Of a stretch of DNA of 64,000 bases, positions 1 to 8,830 are shown piece after piece. Each line of letters opens with the position of its first letter. Position 1 is the first letter of the stretch. The DNA comes from an uncultured delta proteobacterium (GTDB taxonomy: Bacteria > Desulfobacterota > Binatia > JACPRU01): NCBI GenBank assembly GCA_963745025.1, contig CAVUWD010000018.1, positions 1 to 64,000 of the forward strand. Reading direction: 5' to 3'. Made by a program: the position numbers and the translations under genes. The notes below the pieces were generated by a model, which was not told where the DNA came from, searched no databases, and saw only the letters and a program-made list of their open reading frames with translations.

Positions 1-63
1 CCGGGCGACGACCCGCCGACACGTCTGCTGCCCGGCGACCGAGTGAGGTTCGTGCCGCGATGA
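1..63 (+). CDS. pxpB: 3' end of 5-oxoprolinase subunit B (partial)
   Basis: Frame 1 reads PGDDPPTRLLPGDRVRFVPR*, the typical PxpB/KipI C-terminus; ATGA overlap with pxpC. Confidence 0.75.
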   Translation, partial: PGDDPPTRLLPGDRVRFVPR

Positions 64-998
64 GCCTCGAGATCGTGCGCGCGGGTCCTCTGACGACCGT
101 GCAGGACCTCGGTCGTGCGGGTTACGGCGCGCTCGGCATCCCCGCGGGCGGAGCCATGGACGCGCTCGCGCTCCGTCTCGCCAATCGCCTGGTCGGCAAT
201 CCCGAGCACTCGGCCGCCCTCGAGTTCACGCTCGCGGGACCCGAGATTCGCTTCGAGGCCGATCACTGGGCGGCGATCACGGGCTCGCGATTCGAAGCGG
301 CTCTCGACGAGCGGGCGATGCCGCATGCCGAGTCCTTCCCGGTCGGCCGAGGTCAGACGCTGAAGATCGGGCGGAGCCTCGAGGGAGCGCGCGGCTATCT
401 CGCGTTGAGCGGCGGTATCGACGTGCCGCCGCTCCTCGGCAGCCGCTCGACCTTCGCCGCCGGTGGCTTCGGCGGGCTCGAGGGTCGACCGCTTCGCGGC
501 GGCGATCGACTGCCGATCGGCATGCACGCGGGCGAGGCGAGACGGAGACGGCTCGTTCGCAGCGTGCTGCCGGCGTACCGCGCGGAGACCGAGCTGCGCG
601 CGATTCCGGGGCCGCAGACGGAGGCGTTCACCGCCGGCGGGGCCGAGGCGTTCTTCGCTGCCGGATACCGGGTTTCGTCACGCTCGGATCGCATGGGTCT
701 TCGCCTCGAGGGCCCCGCAATCGAGCACGCGCGCGGCGCCGACCTCCTGCCGGAGGGACTCGCTCCGGGGGCGATCCAAGTGCCGGCAGACGGCCAGCCG
801 ATCCTGCTCGCCGTCGATCGTCCGACCACGGGCGGCTATGCGAAGATCGCGACGATCATCACCGCCGATCTCTGGCGCGTCGGTCAGGCCAAGCCGGGCG
901 ACCGGCTGCGCTTCGTTGCGGTGAGCGTCGAGGAGGCGCGGGCGCTCTACCGAAGGCTCGAAGAGTCGCTACCCTCGGCAGTCGAGGACGCCGGATGA
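60..998 (+). CDS. pxpC: 5-oxoprolinase subunit C (allophanate hydrolase subunit 2 family)
   Basis: TTVQDLGR, GGAMD, SDRMGLRL and TTGGYAKIA motifs. Confidence 0.92.
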   Translation: MSLEIVRAGPLTTVQDLGRAGYGALGIPAGGAMDALALRLANRLVGNPEHSAALEFTLAGPEIRFEADHWAAITGSRFEAALDERAMPHAESFPVGRGQTLKIGRSLEGARGYLALSGGIDVPPLLGSRSTFAAGGFGGLEGRPLRGGDRLPIGMHAGEARRRRLVRSVLPAYRAETELRAIPGPQTEAFTAGGAEAFFAAGYRVSSRSDRMGLRLEGPAIEHARGADLLPEGLAPGAIQVPADGQPILLAVDRPTTGGYAKIATIITADLWRVGQAKPGDRLRFVAVSVEEARALYRRLEESLPSAVEDAG

Positions 999-1729
999 AG
1001 ATCGACCTCAACGCCGATGTCGGCGAAGGCTACGATGATCGCGCGCTGATGCCCTATCTCACCTCGGTGAACGTCGCCTGCGGCGGCCACGCGGGCGACG
1101 CTCGAACGATGGCGGATACGGTCGCGGCCGCCCTCGAGCTCGGCAACGCCGTCGGCGCGCACCCGAGTTACCCGGATCGCGAGCACTTCGGCCGGCGCGA
1201 GCTCGCGCTTCCGCTCGCCGCGATCGAGGCGTCGGTCCGCGAGCAGGTGGGTGCGCTCGCAGCGACGGCCGCCGCAGCGGGCGCGCGACTCGTTCACGTC
1301 AAGCCGCACGGGGCCCTCTACAACGTCGCTGCCCGCGAGGTTGCCGTCGCCCGTGCCGTCGCTCGCGCGGTCCGCGACGTGGATCCCGAGCTACGTCTGA
1401 TCGGACTCGCCGGGGCGATTCTCCTCGAGATGGCGGGTGAGATGGGCCTCGCGAGCGCCGGCGAGGGCTTTGCGGACCGCCTTTACATGGCGGACGGCTC
1501 GCTCGCTCCGCGCACGCTTGCGGGCGCGGTCATCGTCGATCCCGCGGCGGCGGCGGAGCAAGCGTTACGGATTGCCCGCGACCGCGAAGTCGTTGCCGCC
1601 GACGGCACGCGCGTTCGAATTCGTGCCGAGACCTTGTGCATCCACGGCGACACGCGAGGCGCACCCGCGATTGCGCGCGCCGTGCGCGAGCGCCTGCTCA
1701 ACGCCGGGATCGAGATCCAGGCGCTCTGA
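995..1729 (+). CDS. pxpA: 5-oxoprolinase subunit A (LamB/YcsF family)
   Basis: IDLNADVGEG, NVACGGHAGD, HVKPHGALYN and CIHGD motifs. Confidence 0.95.
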   Translation: MKIDLNADVGEGYDDRALMPYLTSVNVACGGHAGDARTMADTVAAALELGNAVGAHPSYPDREHFGRRELALPLAAIEASVREQVGALAATAAAAGARLVHVKPHGALYNVAAREVAVARAVARAVRDVDPELRLIGLAGAILLEMAGEMGLASAGEGFADRLYMADGSLAPRTLAGAVIVDPAAAAEQALRIARDREVVAADGTRVRIRAETLCIHGDTRGAPAIARAVRERLLNAGIEIQAL

Positions 1730-2186
1730 GCAGGTCTCCTTCGACGTACGCCCAGGCGGGGACGAGCCGTGCATCCTGCTCGCGACGGACGGTCAGGAGC
1801 ACGCGGGCGTAGAGGCTCGCTCCGCCCGGACGAAAGCCCTCGAGCCCGTCGATTCGTGGCAGACGCTCTTCCGGATCGTCGAAGACGAGGATCTCGCCAC
1901 GGACGTCGTCGCAAGCTCCGCCTTCGTCGCCCGAGGCGGTAGGCCCGGGCGCGAAGGCGTCCGCCTGCTTGGCGACATCGGCCAGGGGATCGGCGCTACC
2001 GCGAGCGAGAATGCTCCCCGCAGGCACGGTGAGCACCGGATCGCCTGCCGGCAGCACGTACACGCGCCCGCGCACGATCGCGTTCTCGATCGACCGCGCA
2101 CCTCGACAGAACCGCTGGTGGTACCGACCGCCGCGCTTCAGCGTTCCGTAAACGAAGAGGCGCAGCGTTGCGGCCGCGGCATTCAC
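1698..2186 (-). CDS. gamma-glutamylcyclotransferase (GGCT/AIG2-like) family protein
   Basis: LFVYGTLKRG N-terminal motif, VRGE, IDGLEG, AWAYV. Confidence 0.85.
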   Translation of the reverse strand: MNAAAATLRLFVYGTLKRGGRYHQRFCRGARSIENAIVRGRVYVLPAGDPVLTVPAGSILARGSADPLADVAKQADAFAPGPTASGDEGGACDDVRGEILVFDDPEERLPRIDGLEGFRPGGASLYARVLLTVRREQDARLVPAWAYVEGDLLRAPGSRSRR

Positions 2187-2240
2187 GGAAGTAAGCCCTC
2201 AGGTTTTGCAAGACCTCAGCAAAGCCGTCGCAGAATGATC

Positions 2241-2410
2241 AACGCGGGTGTTTGTGTTCGAGCCGTACTCGGATCGAACACAAACACCCGCAACCGCGCG
2301 CGAAGTGCGGAACAGTTCGTGCCGCGCCTTGGGTATTGCCTTCCGCGCTTCGCGCGGCGGCGTGGGGTTGGGGTCGACCCGAATTCGGATCGACCGCAAA
2401 CCCACGCGCT
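2241..2410. repeat. Triple-hairpin dyad element, copy 1
   Basis: Perfect 18-bp IR 2244-2261/2274-2291, central IR, 18-bp IR 2360-2377/2390-2407; same layout as the copies at 7675 and 46725. Confidence 0.9.
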
Positions 2411-2517
2411 CTTGCTTGCTCCGCACATGGCGGTAGCGTCCTCCAGCAGAAACTGAGGCGTTACTTCGACAGCACGGTGCATTTCGATACGAGATTCGAT
2501 CGCAACGTAGCACGGAT

Positions 2518-3126
2518 TCAGCGTGACGCACGCGGGTCGAGGCGCGCGAGGGCCTCACGGTACGCTTCCAGCGTATCGATGTCGAAGAGGCTCAACCCGG
2601 AGGGATCGACGGCGAGCACATCTTCTTCCGAGACCTCGACGAGCCGCGCGAGCTCGACGAGCCTGCCCGCTCGCCGCTCTCCCGACGCGAGCATCGTCGT
2701 CGCGATCGCCGCTACCCGCTTGCGATAGACGGCGAGCAGCGGTTGCGGCACGCCCGCGGAAACGACGACCGCGCCATCGCGGTCGCGAGCGCGCTCGGCG
2801 AGAATCCGGCCGATCGCCGGCTCGAGAAACGGATGGTCACAGCCACAGACGAAGCCGAGATCGGTGCGCGCGGCCGCCAGACCGTAGAGAATGCCGGCGA
2901 CCGGCCCCTGCAGGGGAATCTCGTCCTCGACGACCCGGACCGGATCCGGCAGCGGAGGGAGTCGCACGTGTGGCCCACGGACGACGACGATCTCGCTCGA
3001 GCCGGCGGCCAATCGTCGGACGACGCGCTCGATCAGGGTCTCCGCGCCGAAGGGGAGAAGCGCCTTCGGCCGGCCCATCCGCGAGCTTGCGCCGCCGGCG
3101 AGCACGATGGTCGTGAACGGCTCCAT
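2518..3126 (-). CDS. mobA: molybdenum cofactor guanylyltransferase
   Basis: VLAGGASSRMGRPKALL, GPVAGI, CGCDHP, QPLLAVY motifs. Confidence 0.88.
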   Translation of the reverse strand: MEPFTTIVLAGGASSRMGRPKALLPFGAETLIERVVRRLAAGSSEIVVVRGPHVRLPPLPDPVRVVEDEIPLQGPVAGILYGLAAARTDLGFVCGCDHPFLEPAIGRILAERARDRDGAVVVSAGVPQPLLAVYRKRVAAIATTMLASGERRAGRLVELARLVEVSEEDVLAVDPSGLSLFDIDTLEAYREALARLDPRASR

Positions 3127-3264
3127 CGCCTCAGACTACTCCGATCGGTCGGGTCTTTGCATACCCATTCCCCCGTGTCACATTGCGCTTCGTGAGCGCG
3201 CGCACGTTGGATGGCGGGTGATTTCGGGATCTGCGCAGATGGTGAGGCGGCAGCGATCGCCAAG

Positions 3265-4281
3265 ATGACCCGCTACCGGACGTGGGCTGCGGTTGCCCTG
3301 GGGGGAGTGCTCGCACTGGCGATTGCAGCATGCACGGAGCAGCTCCCCGTCGGTCCAGTCGGGCAGTTCTCTTGGGAGCCGCGGTCGCAAATGATGTGGC
3401 CGACCGAGGGAGCGATCGTCAGCGCATACGGCGACGCGGCGCGCACGAATCACCAAGGCATCGACCTCGCGGCCCGCCTGGGCGCCCCGGTGGCGGCGGC
3501 TCTCGGCGGCGCCGTTGCATACGCGGGCGAGATCCGGGGGTACGGCAAGGTGGTCGCGCTCTCGCACGGGGAGCGCCTCACCACGATCTACGCCCACCTC
3601 GGCGAGGTAAGAGTACGCGAGGGCGAGGCGGTCGTGGTCGGTCAGACCATCGGCACCATCGGCCCGGAGGGGTATCTCCACTACGAGATCCGTGAATCGA
3701 AGCGCGCGGTCGATCCCGCGAAGTTCTATGCGGTTGCGCCACGACCCGTCGCGGGTGGTGCAGCGGACGTCAGCGGAAAGCTCAAAGCGGAACCGACGAG
3801 TGTCGGTGCGATCCCGCCGAGCGTCGGGGCTGCGGAAGCGCCGCCAGTCCCACCGCCTCCGACGCCGGAGACTCGCGTGGCGAAGCGCGAGCCGACGCCC
3901 CGTCCGCAGCCGACAGCCACGCCGCGTCCGCAAGCGACGCCAACGCCGACCTCGCAAACGACGCCAACGCCGACCTCGCAAACGACGCCGTGGGAATCGA
4001 CGTCGAAACAGTCCGAGACCGAAGAGCAGACCGCGGGCTCCGGAGTCTGGAGCGGAATCGGTCTCGGCGCTGCGCTCGTCGGGTGCAACCTCTTCTACGT
4101 GCCGGCGAAGCTCGGCTACGCGGCCGTCGGAGCGCTGATCGGCGGCGTGACCCTGGTGCTGGCCCACGATACCGCCGTGGCCAACGACGTCTGGAGGCCC
4201 GCGCTCGGCGGAGATTACTTCGTCACCGCGGCGCACCTCCGCGGCGAGGACTCGATCCACTTCATGGGAGCTGGCGCATGA
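3265..4281 (+). CDS. M23-family peptidase-like lipoprotein with Pro/Thr linker and hydrophobic C-terminal domain
   Basis: Lipobox-like IAAC; HQGID, YGKVV, YAHL, YLHYE; PT repeats including a 24-bp tandem repeat at 3937-3984; start inferred. Confidence 0.8.
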   Translation: MTRYRTWAAVALGGVLALAIAACTEQLPVGPVGQFSWEPRSQMMWPTEGAIVSAYGDAARTNHQGIDLAARLGAPVAAALGGAVAYAGEIRGYGKVVALSHGERLTTIYAHLGEVRVREGEAVVVGQTIGTIGPEGYLHYEIRESKRAVDPAKFYAVAPRPVAGGAADVSGKLKAEPTSVGAIPPSVGAAEAPPVPPPPTPETRVAKREPTPRPQPTATPRPQATPTPTSQTTPTPTSQTTPWESTSKQSETEEQTAGSGVWSGIGLGAALVGCNLFYVPAKLGYAAVGALIGGVTLVLAHDTAVANDVWRPALGGDYFVTAAHLRGEDSIHFMGAGA

Positions 4282-5119
4282 ACTCCCGCGCCGTCTCTTC
4301 CGCCGAAGCCTTCTCGCCGTCGACGCGGTAGTTGAGCCGGCGCATCTCTGCGGCCGTGATTCGGTTGCCGAGCGAATCCAGGGCGGCACGAACCTCGGGA
4401 TGGCGCTCGAACATGAGGCGGCGCGCGACCGGTACGGCATCGTAGGGAGGAAAGTAGTGATGGTCGTCGTCGAGCACGCGCAGGCCGAGGCTCGCGATCA
4501 GCCCGTCGGTCGAATTGCCCGCGACGAGGTCGGCCTGCCCATCGACGAGCGCGCGATAGAGAAGCCCGAGCTCCATCACCCGCGGCGGGTTGCGGAATGC
4601 CAGATGGTAGCTCTCCGCAAGACCGCGAAAGCCGTCGGCGCGCTCCATGAACTCGTAGCCGAACGCCGCGCGCCAGTCGGGATGGGCCGCCACGTCCGAG
4701 ATCGTACGAACGCCAAGGCGGTCCGCGTCGTCGCCACGAATCACCATGGCAAAGGTGTTCTCGAAGCCGAGCGGCGCCGTCCATTCGAGCCCGGCCCCGG
4801 CGTATTGCTTGCGCACTTCGGCAAGGACCTGCTGGCGATCGGCGATCGGAGGGCGCTTGAGGATCGCGGTGTACGCCGTGCCGGTATACTCGACGTACAC
4901 GTCGATCTCGCCGGCGCGCAGCGCTCGATCGCAGACGAAGGAACCGCCGAGGTTCAGCCGACGGCCGACCGCGAGGCCGGTCCGCCGTTCGATCGTCTGC
5001 GCGACGATCTCGCCGAGGAGAACCTGCTCGCTGAAGTTCTTCGAGCCGACGACGATCCGATCCGCCGACCGGCAGCCGACCATCGTGACGACGGCGAGCA
5101 GCGTCAGGAGCAGGTTCAC
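4262..5119 (-). CDS. glycine betaine/osmoprotectant-type ABC substrate-binding lipoprotein (OsmX/OpuCC-like)
   Basis: VVGSKNFSEQ, YVEYTGT, GFENTF, FPPYDA; lipobox MVGC; GTG start inferred. Confidence 0.9.
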   Translation of the reverse strand: MNLLLTLLAVVTMVGCRSADRIVVGSKNFSEQVLLGEIVAQTIERRTGLAVGRRLNLGGSFVCDRALRAGEIDVYVEYTGTAYTAILKRPPIADRQQVLAEVRKQYAGAGLEWTAPLGFENTFAMVIRGDDADRLGVRTISDVAAHPDWRAAFGYEFMERADGFRGLAESYHLAFRNPPRVMELGLLYRALVDGQADLVAGNSTDGLIASLGLRVLDDDHHYFPPYDAVPVARRLMFERHPEVRAALDSLGNRITAAEMRRLNYRVDGEKASAEETAREFMRQLP

Positions 5120-5772
5120 GACGCGCGCCGCCGCCGTCGATCGGGGGAGAAGCGCGTTGCCAGAGCACCGATTCCCAGATCCGCGCCGATCGCCATGGCC
5201 GCGGCGGGCACGGCGCCGGCGAGGATCAGCCGGTTGTCGACCATCGCCACCCCGCGGAAGATGTAGACGCCGAGGCCGCCCGCGCCGATCGCCGCGCCGA
5301 TCGTCGCCACGCCGACCGCGATCACGGTTGCCACACGGATTCCGGAAAGAATCACGCCGAACGCGAGTGGCAGCTCGACCTGCCACAGCCGCTGGCGCGC
5401 GTTCATGCCCATCGCCAGGGCGGCCTCGCGGACCGAAGGATCGATCGCGCCGAGCCCGGCATGAGTTGCGCGGATGATCGGCAGCAGCGCGTAGAGGATG
5501 AGCGCCACGATCGCCGTTCGCGCGCCGATCCCTCCGACGTAGGGAATCGGGATCAACAATCCGAACAGCGCGAGGCTCGGGATCGTCTGCAGGAGGTTGG
5601 CGCCACCGAGGATCCACCGTTCCGCGGCCGGCCGGCGCGAGGCGAGGATGCCGAACGGAATCCCGATCGCGACCGCCACCGCCGTCGAGACCAGAACGAG
5701 CCCCGCGTGCTCGAGCGTCAAGCGAACCGCTTCGGTGCGATTGGCCGACAGAAACGCGAGGAAGCCCATCAT
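5116..5772 (-). CDS. osmoprotectant-type ABC permease
   Basis: QTIPSLAL, EAALAMGM (EAA loop), VELPLA, IGAGGLG. Confidence 0.9.
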   Translation of the reverse strand: MMGFLAFLSANRTEAVRLTLEHAGLVLVSTAVAVAIGIPFGILASRRPAAERWILGGANLLQTIPSLALFGLLIPIPYVGGIGARTAIVALILYALLPIIRATHAGLGAIDPSVREAALAMGMNARQRLWQVELPLAFGVILSGIRVATVIAVGVATIGAAIGAGGLGVYIFRGVAMVDNRLILAGAVPAAAMAIGADLGIGALATRFSPDRRRRRAS

Positions 5773-6515
5773 TTCTCGGAACCACCGAGCGTTCGCACGA
5801 ATGCCCGCGCTTCCGGCGCACCGGACTCCATGAGCTCGCGTGCCCCACCGAGAAACGCGAGACGGCTGCGCTCGAGCAGCGCGATGCGATCCCCGAGGGA
5901 TAGGGCCTCGCGCAGATCGTGGGTTACGAAGACGATCGTCTTGCCGAGGTCGCGGACGAGCGCGCGAAACTCGGAGCGAATCTCTTCGCGGGTCGGCGGG
6001 TCGAGGGCCCCGAACGGCTCGTCCATCAAGACGAGCGGCGGATCTGCGGCGAGCGCCCGAGCGACGCCAACACGCTGGCGCTCGCCGCCGGAGAGCTCGG
6101 CGGGATAGCGCGCCGCGAAGCGGTCCGGATCGAGCCCGACCAGCCGCAGCATCTCGCGAACGCGATCGGCGATGCGCTCGGTGGCCCAGCCGAGAAGCGT
6201 CGGCATGAGGGCGACGTTTCGCGCCACGTCGAAGTGAGGAAAGAGGCCCCCCTCCTGGATGACGTAGCCAGTGCCACGGCGAAGCTCGACCGGATTCCAC
6301 GCCGTCGTCGCTTTGCCGGCGACGCGCACCTCGCCGCGGCTCGGGAGGAGGAGGGCGTTGACGAGCCGCAGGGTGGTGGTCTTGCCCGATCCGCTGCGCC
6401 CGAGCAGGACCACGATCTCGCCGGCTTCGATCGAGAGATCGAGATCTTCGACGCGGGGCGGCAGCCCCCGCTCGACGAACGAGACGCCCTGGAATTCCAC
6501 CTGCACGCCGCTCAT
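5769..6515 (-). CDS. osmoprotectant-type ABC ATP-binding protein
   Basis: GRSGSGKT, LSGGERQR, MDEPFGALD, FVTHD. Confidence 0.92.
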   Translation of the reverse strand: MSGVQVEFQGVSFVERGLPPRVEDLDLSIEAGEIVVLLGRSGSGKTTTLRLVNALLLPSRGEVRVAGKATTAWNPVELRRGTGYVIQEGGLFPHFDVARNVALMPTLLGWATERIADRVREMLRLVGLDPDRFAARYPAELSGGERQRVGVARALAADPPLVLMDEPFGALDPPTREEIRSEFRALVRDLGKTIVFVTHDLREALSLGDRIALLERSRLAFLGGARELMESGAPEARAFVRTLGGSEK

Positions 6516-6611
6516 TGCGGCGCGATCCTCACCCACGTGTTTCTTCGACGCAAGCAACTTTCTCCACTTTGCCACTTGCCTCGGGTCGTCGGGATTCGTA
6601 GCCTCGCCGCC

Positions 6612-7631
6612 ATGGGCAGCCGCGGGGCCGCACGCTGGCGGGAGAGCGATCGTCCCGCCCCGGACGACCGTTTCTCGATCGAGCGAGTGTTCGATTCGCA
6701 ACGGGACTCGACTCTCGCCGAGGACGTGCGGCGGGGCCTCGGTGGGCGGCGCAAGTCGGTTCCTCCGAAGCACTTCTACGACGAGGAGGGATCGCGTCTG
6801 TTCGACCGCATTTGCGAGCTCCCGGAATACTACCTGACACGCTCGGAGGAGCAGCTGCTGGAGCGCTCGGCGCGGGAGATTCTCGACGTCGCGCGTCCGA
6901 CCGACCTGATCGAGCTCGGCAGCGGAGCGGCGCGCAAGACGCGGCTCCTCTTCGACGCAGCCGAGTCGCTCGGCATCGCAGTTCGATACCACCCCGTCGA
7001 CGTTTGCGAGCCGATGCTGCGGGCGAGCGGCGAGGAGCTGCTGCAGCGCTACCCCTGGCTCGAGGTGCACGCCCTGGTCGCGGATTACGAGCGTCATCTC
7101 GACGTGCTTCCCGATGGGGACCGCCGACTGGTCGCGTTTCTCGGCAGCACGATCGGCAACTTCGCGCCGCCGCGAGCGCTGGCGTTCCTGCGCGGGATCG
7201 CCGCGCGCTTGCGCGCGGGCGATCACCTGCTGCTGGGCGCCGATCTGGTGAAGCCCGTCGCAGTGCTCGAACGCGCATACGACGATGCCGCGGGTGTCAC
7301 GGCGGAATTCAATCGCAACGTGCTACGGGTCATCAATCGCGAGCTCGACGCTGATTTCGATCCGACCGCGTTCGACCACGTCGCGTTCTTCGATCCTCGC
7401 CGCCGCCAGATCGAGATGCATCTGCGCTCGCGCCGCGCCCAACGGGTGTCGCTACGCACGCTCGGCATCACCGTCGGCTTTCGCGCCGGGGAGACGCTGC
7501 ACACCGAGATCAGTCGCAAGTTCACTCGCCGCGGCTTGGAAGGCCTGTGTCGGCGGGCAGGCTTCGGCGTGCGGCGCTGGTTCAGCGCGGCAGCCCCGTC
7601 GTTCGCGTTGCTGTTGTGCGAACGCGTGTAG
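6612..7631 (+). CDS. egtD: L-histidine N-alpha-methyltransferase
   Basis: PPKHFYD..GS.LFDRIC.LPEYYLTR, ELGSG, FLGSTIGNF, AYDDAAGVT, HTEISRKF. Confidence 0.92.
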   Translation: MGSRGAARWRESDRPAPDDRFSIERVFDSQRDSTLAEDVRRGLGGRRKSVPPKHFYDEEGSRLFDRICELPEYYLTRSEEQLLERSAREILDVARPTDLIELGSGAARKTRLLFDAAESLGIAVRYHPVDVCEPMLRASGEELLQRYPWLEVHALVADYERHLDVLPDGDRRLVAFLGSTIGNFAPPRALAFLRGIAARLRAGDHLLLGADLVKPVAVLERAYDDAAGVTAEFNRNVLRVINRELDADFDPTAFDHVAFFDPRRRQIEMHLRSRRAQRVSLRTLGITVGFRAGETLHTEISRKFTRRGLEGLCRRAGFGVRRWFSAAAPSFALLLCERV

Positions 7632-7674
7632 ACGGGGATGGGTCTGACGTATCCATGGGCCGACTGAACGGAAC

Positions 7675-7843
7675 GACGCGCGCGGTTGCGGTCGAGCCAT
7701 ACCCGGCTCGACCGCAACCGCCCGCAACCGCGCGGAGCGCGGAAGGTTTGATTCTTCCGCGCAGGGTTATTGGCCCCGCGCTTCGCGCGGTGGGTCCCCG
7801 TTCCGGTCGACCCGAGTATGGCTCGACCGGAACAGGGACCGCT
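7675..7843. repeat. Triple-hairpin dyad element, copy 2
   Basis: 18-bp IRs 7678-7695/7708-7725 and 7793-7810/7823-7840, one mismatch each; conserved loops and central arms. Confidence 0.9.
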
Positions 7844-7902
7844 ACCAGGATCGCCAAACGTGACGGGGCATTGAACGGAATGCGCTGCCCGCTCCCCGGA
7901 CG

Positions 7903-8730
7903 TCAGGCGAGCTGCTCGGGGCGCTCGAGAAGCTCCTTCATTCGCGACACCGCGCGCGCGCAATAGAAGCCGTCCTCCACGCGCTCGTCGTAGGTGTACT
8001 TGAGCGTGGAGACCCGTCGGACCGCCAGCCGGCCATCGTCCTCGCCGATCGCGACGTTGCGGTACGCGCCGACGACGACGAAGATCGGAATCGTGCCGTA
8101 CTCGTAGAGGTGATGGTACGCTCCGGCGATGCCGACGCTGCCGAGGTTGGCGACGAAGGCGCTCGCGTAGAGCGGATCTTCGAGCAGCATCCGAGCGGGC
8201 AGCAGGTTGAAGTAGTCGAGCAGACGCCCGAACACGACGACGCCGTCGATCGCCAGCCGCGGCATGCGGGACAGGATCGCCATGTCTCGGTCGGATTGCG
8301 TCTTCTGTCCGGCTCGGCCGCTCCGTACGCTCTCGCCTACGCTTCGCGCCATCGCTTCCAGGGTCTCGTGCGGGTCGAAGATACGCTTGCGCACGTAGAG
8401 CGGGGCATCGGTCTCGAATGCCTCCTTGCCGCTGAAGGAGATTGCGACGTCGGCACGCTGGTATAGGCGTCGGCCGACGATGTAGCGATTCAGCCGGGGA
8501 AACTCGTGGAGCGCTCGCGTGATCGACCGCAGCACCAAGTGAAAGAACGTGAGGGGAACGTCGTGCTCGCGCGAGAAGGCATCCGTGAAGGCGAGCGCAG
8601 GGTCGACCGCGACGTCCTGCTCGAACCAGACCAGCGACTCGTTGCGCCGGCGCATGAGGAAAGGCATTAAGCGTCGCACCAGAGGCACGCGCTCGGCGAG
8701 CACCGCGTCGGGCCGGCCGAAGAGAGGCAT
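7903..8730 (-). CDS. stand-alone 2-oxoacid dehydrogenase E2 catalytic-domain-like acyltransferase
   Basis: FPRLNR, ANLGSVG, TYDERVEDG (variant of DHRxxDG); GAGGAG RBS before ATG at 8730. Confidence 0.7.
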   Translation of the reverse strand: MPLFGRPDAVLAERVPLVRRLMPFLMRRRNESLVWFEQDVAVDPALAFTDAFSREHDVPLTFFHLVLRSITRALHEFPRLNRYIVGRRLYQRADVAISFSGKEAFETDAPLYVRKRIFDPHETLEAMARSVGESVRSGRAGQKTQSDRDMAILSRMPRLAIDGVVVFGRLLDYFNLLPARMLLEDPLYASAFVANLGSVGIAGAYHHLYEYGTIPIFVVVGAYRNVAIGEDDGRLAVRRVSTLKYTYDERVEDGFYCARAVSRMKELLERPEQLA

Positions 8731-8740
8731 GGACTCCTCT

Positions 8741-8830
8741 AGCCCAAGGGACGCGCGAAGCGCCAACCTTAGTTCCTGGGACGCGCGAAGCGCCAACCAT
8801 GGTCTATCCGCCGAGCGGAGCGCCAACCGA
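8741..8830. repeat. Three tandem 30-bp units sharing AGCGCCAACC
   Basis: agcccaagggacgcgcgaagcgccaacctt / agttcctgggacgcgcgaagcgccaaccat / ggtctatccgccgagcggagcgccaaccga. Confidence 0.85.

Noticed and set aside
2248-2436. Similar short peptides (EPYSxR..PATAR) from ORFs over the triple-hairpin copies
   Set aside because: Starts, stops and frames are not conserved between copies; the similarity follows from the DNA repeat, and variation tracks base pairing.
7675-7843. Integron attC interpretation of the triple-hairpin element
   Set aside because: No RYYYAAC/GTTRRRY end pair, no cassette array and no intI in the window.
8741-8830. Possible mini-CRISPR array
   Set aside because: The period is only 30 bp with no spacer-sized unique segments, and no cas genes are present.
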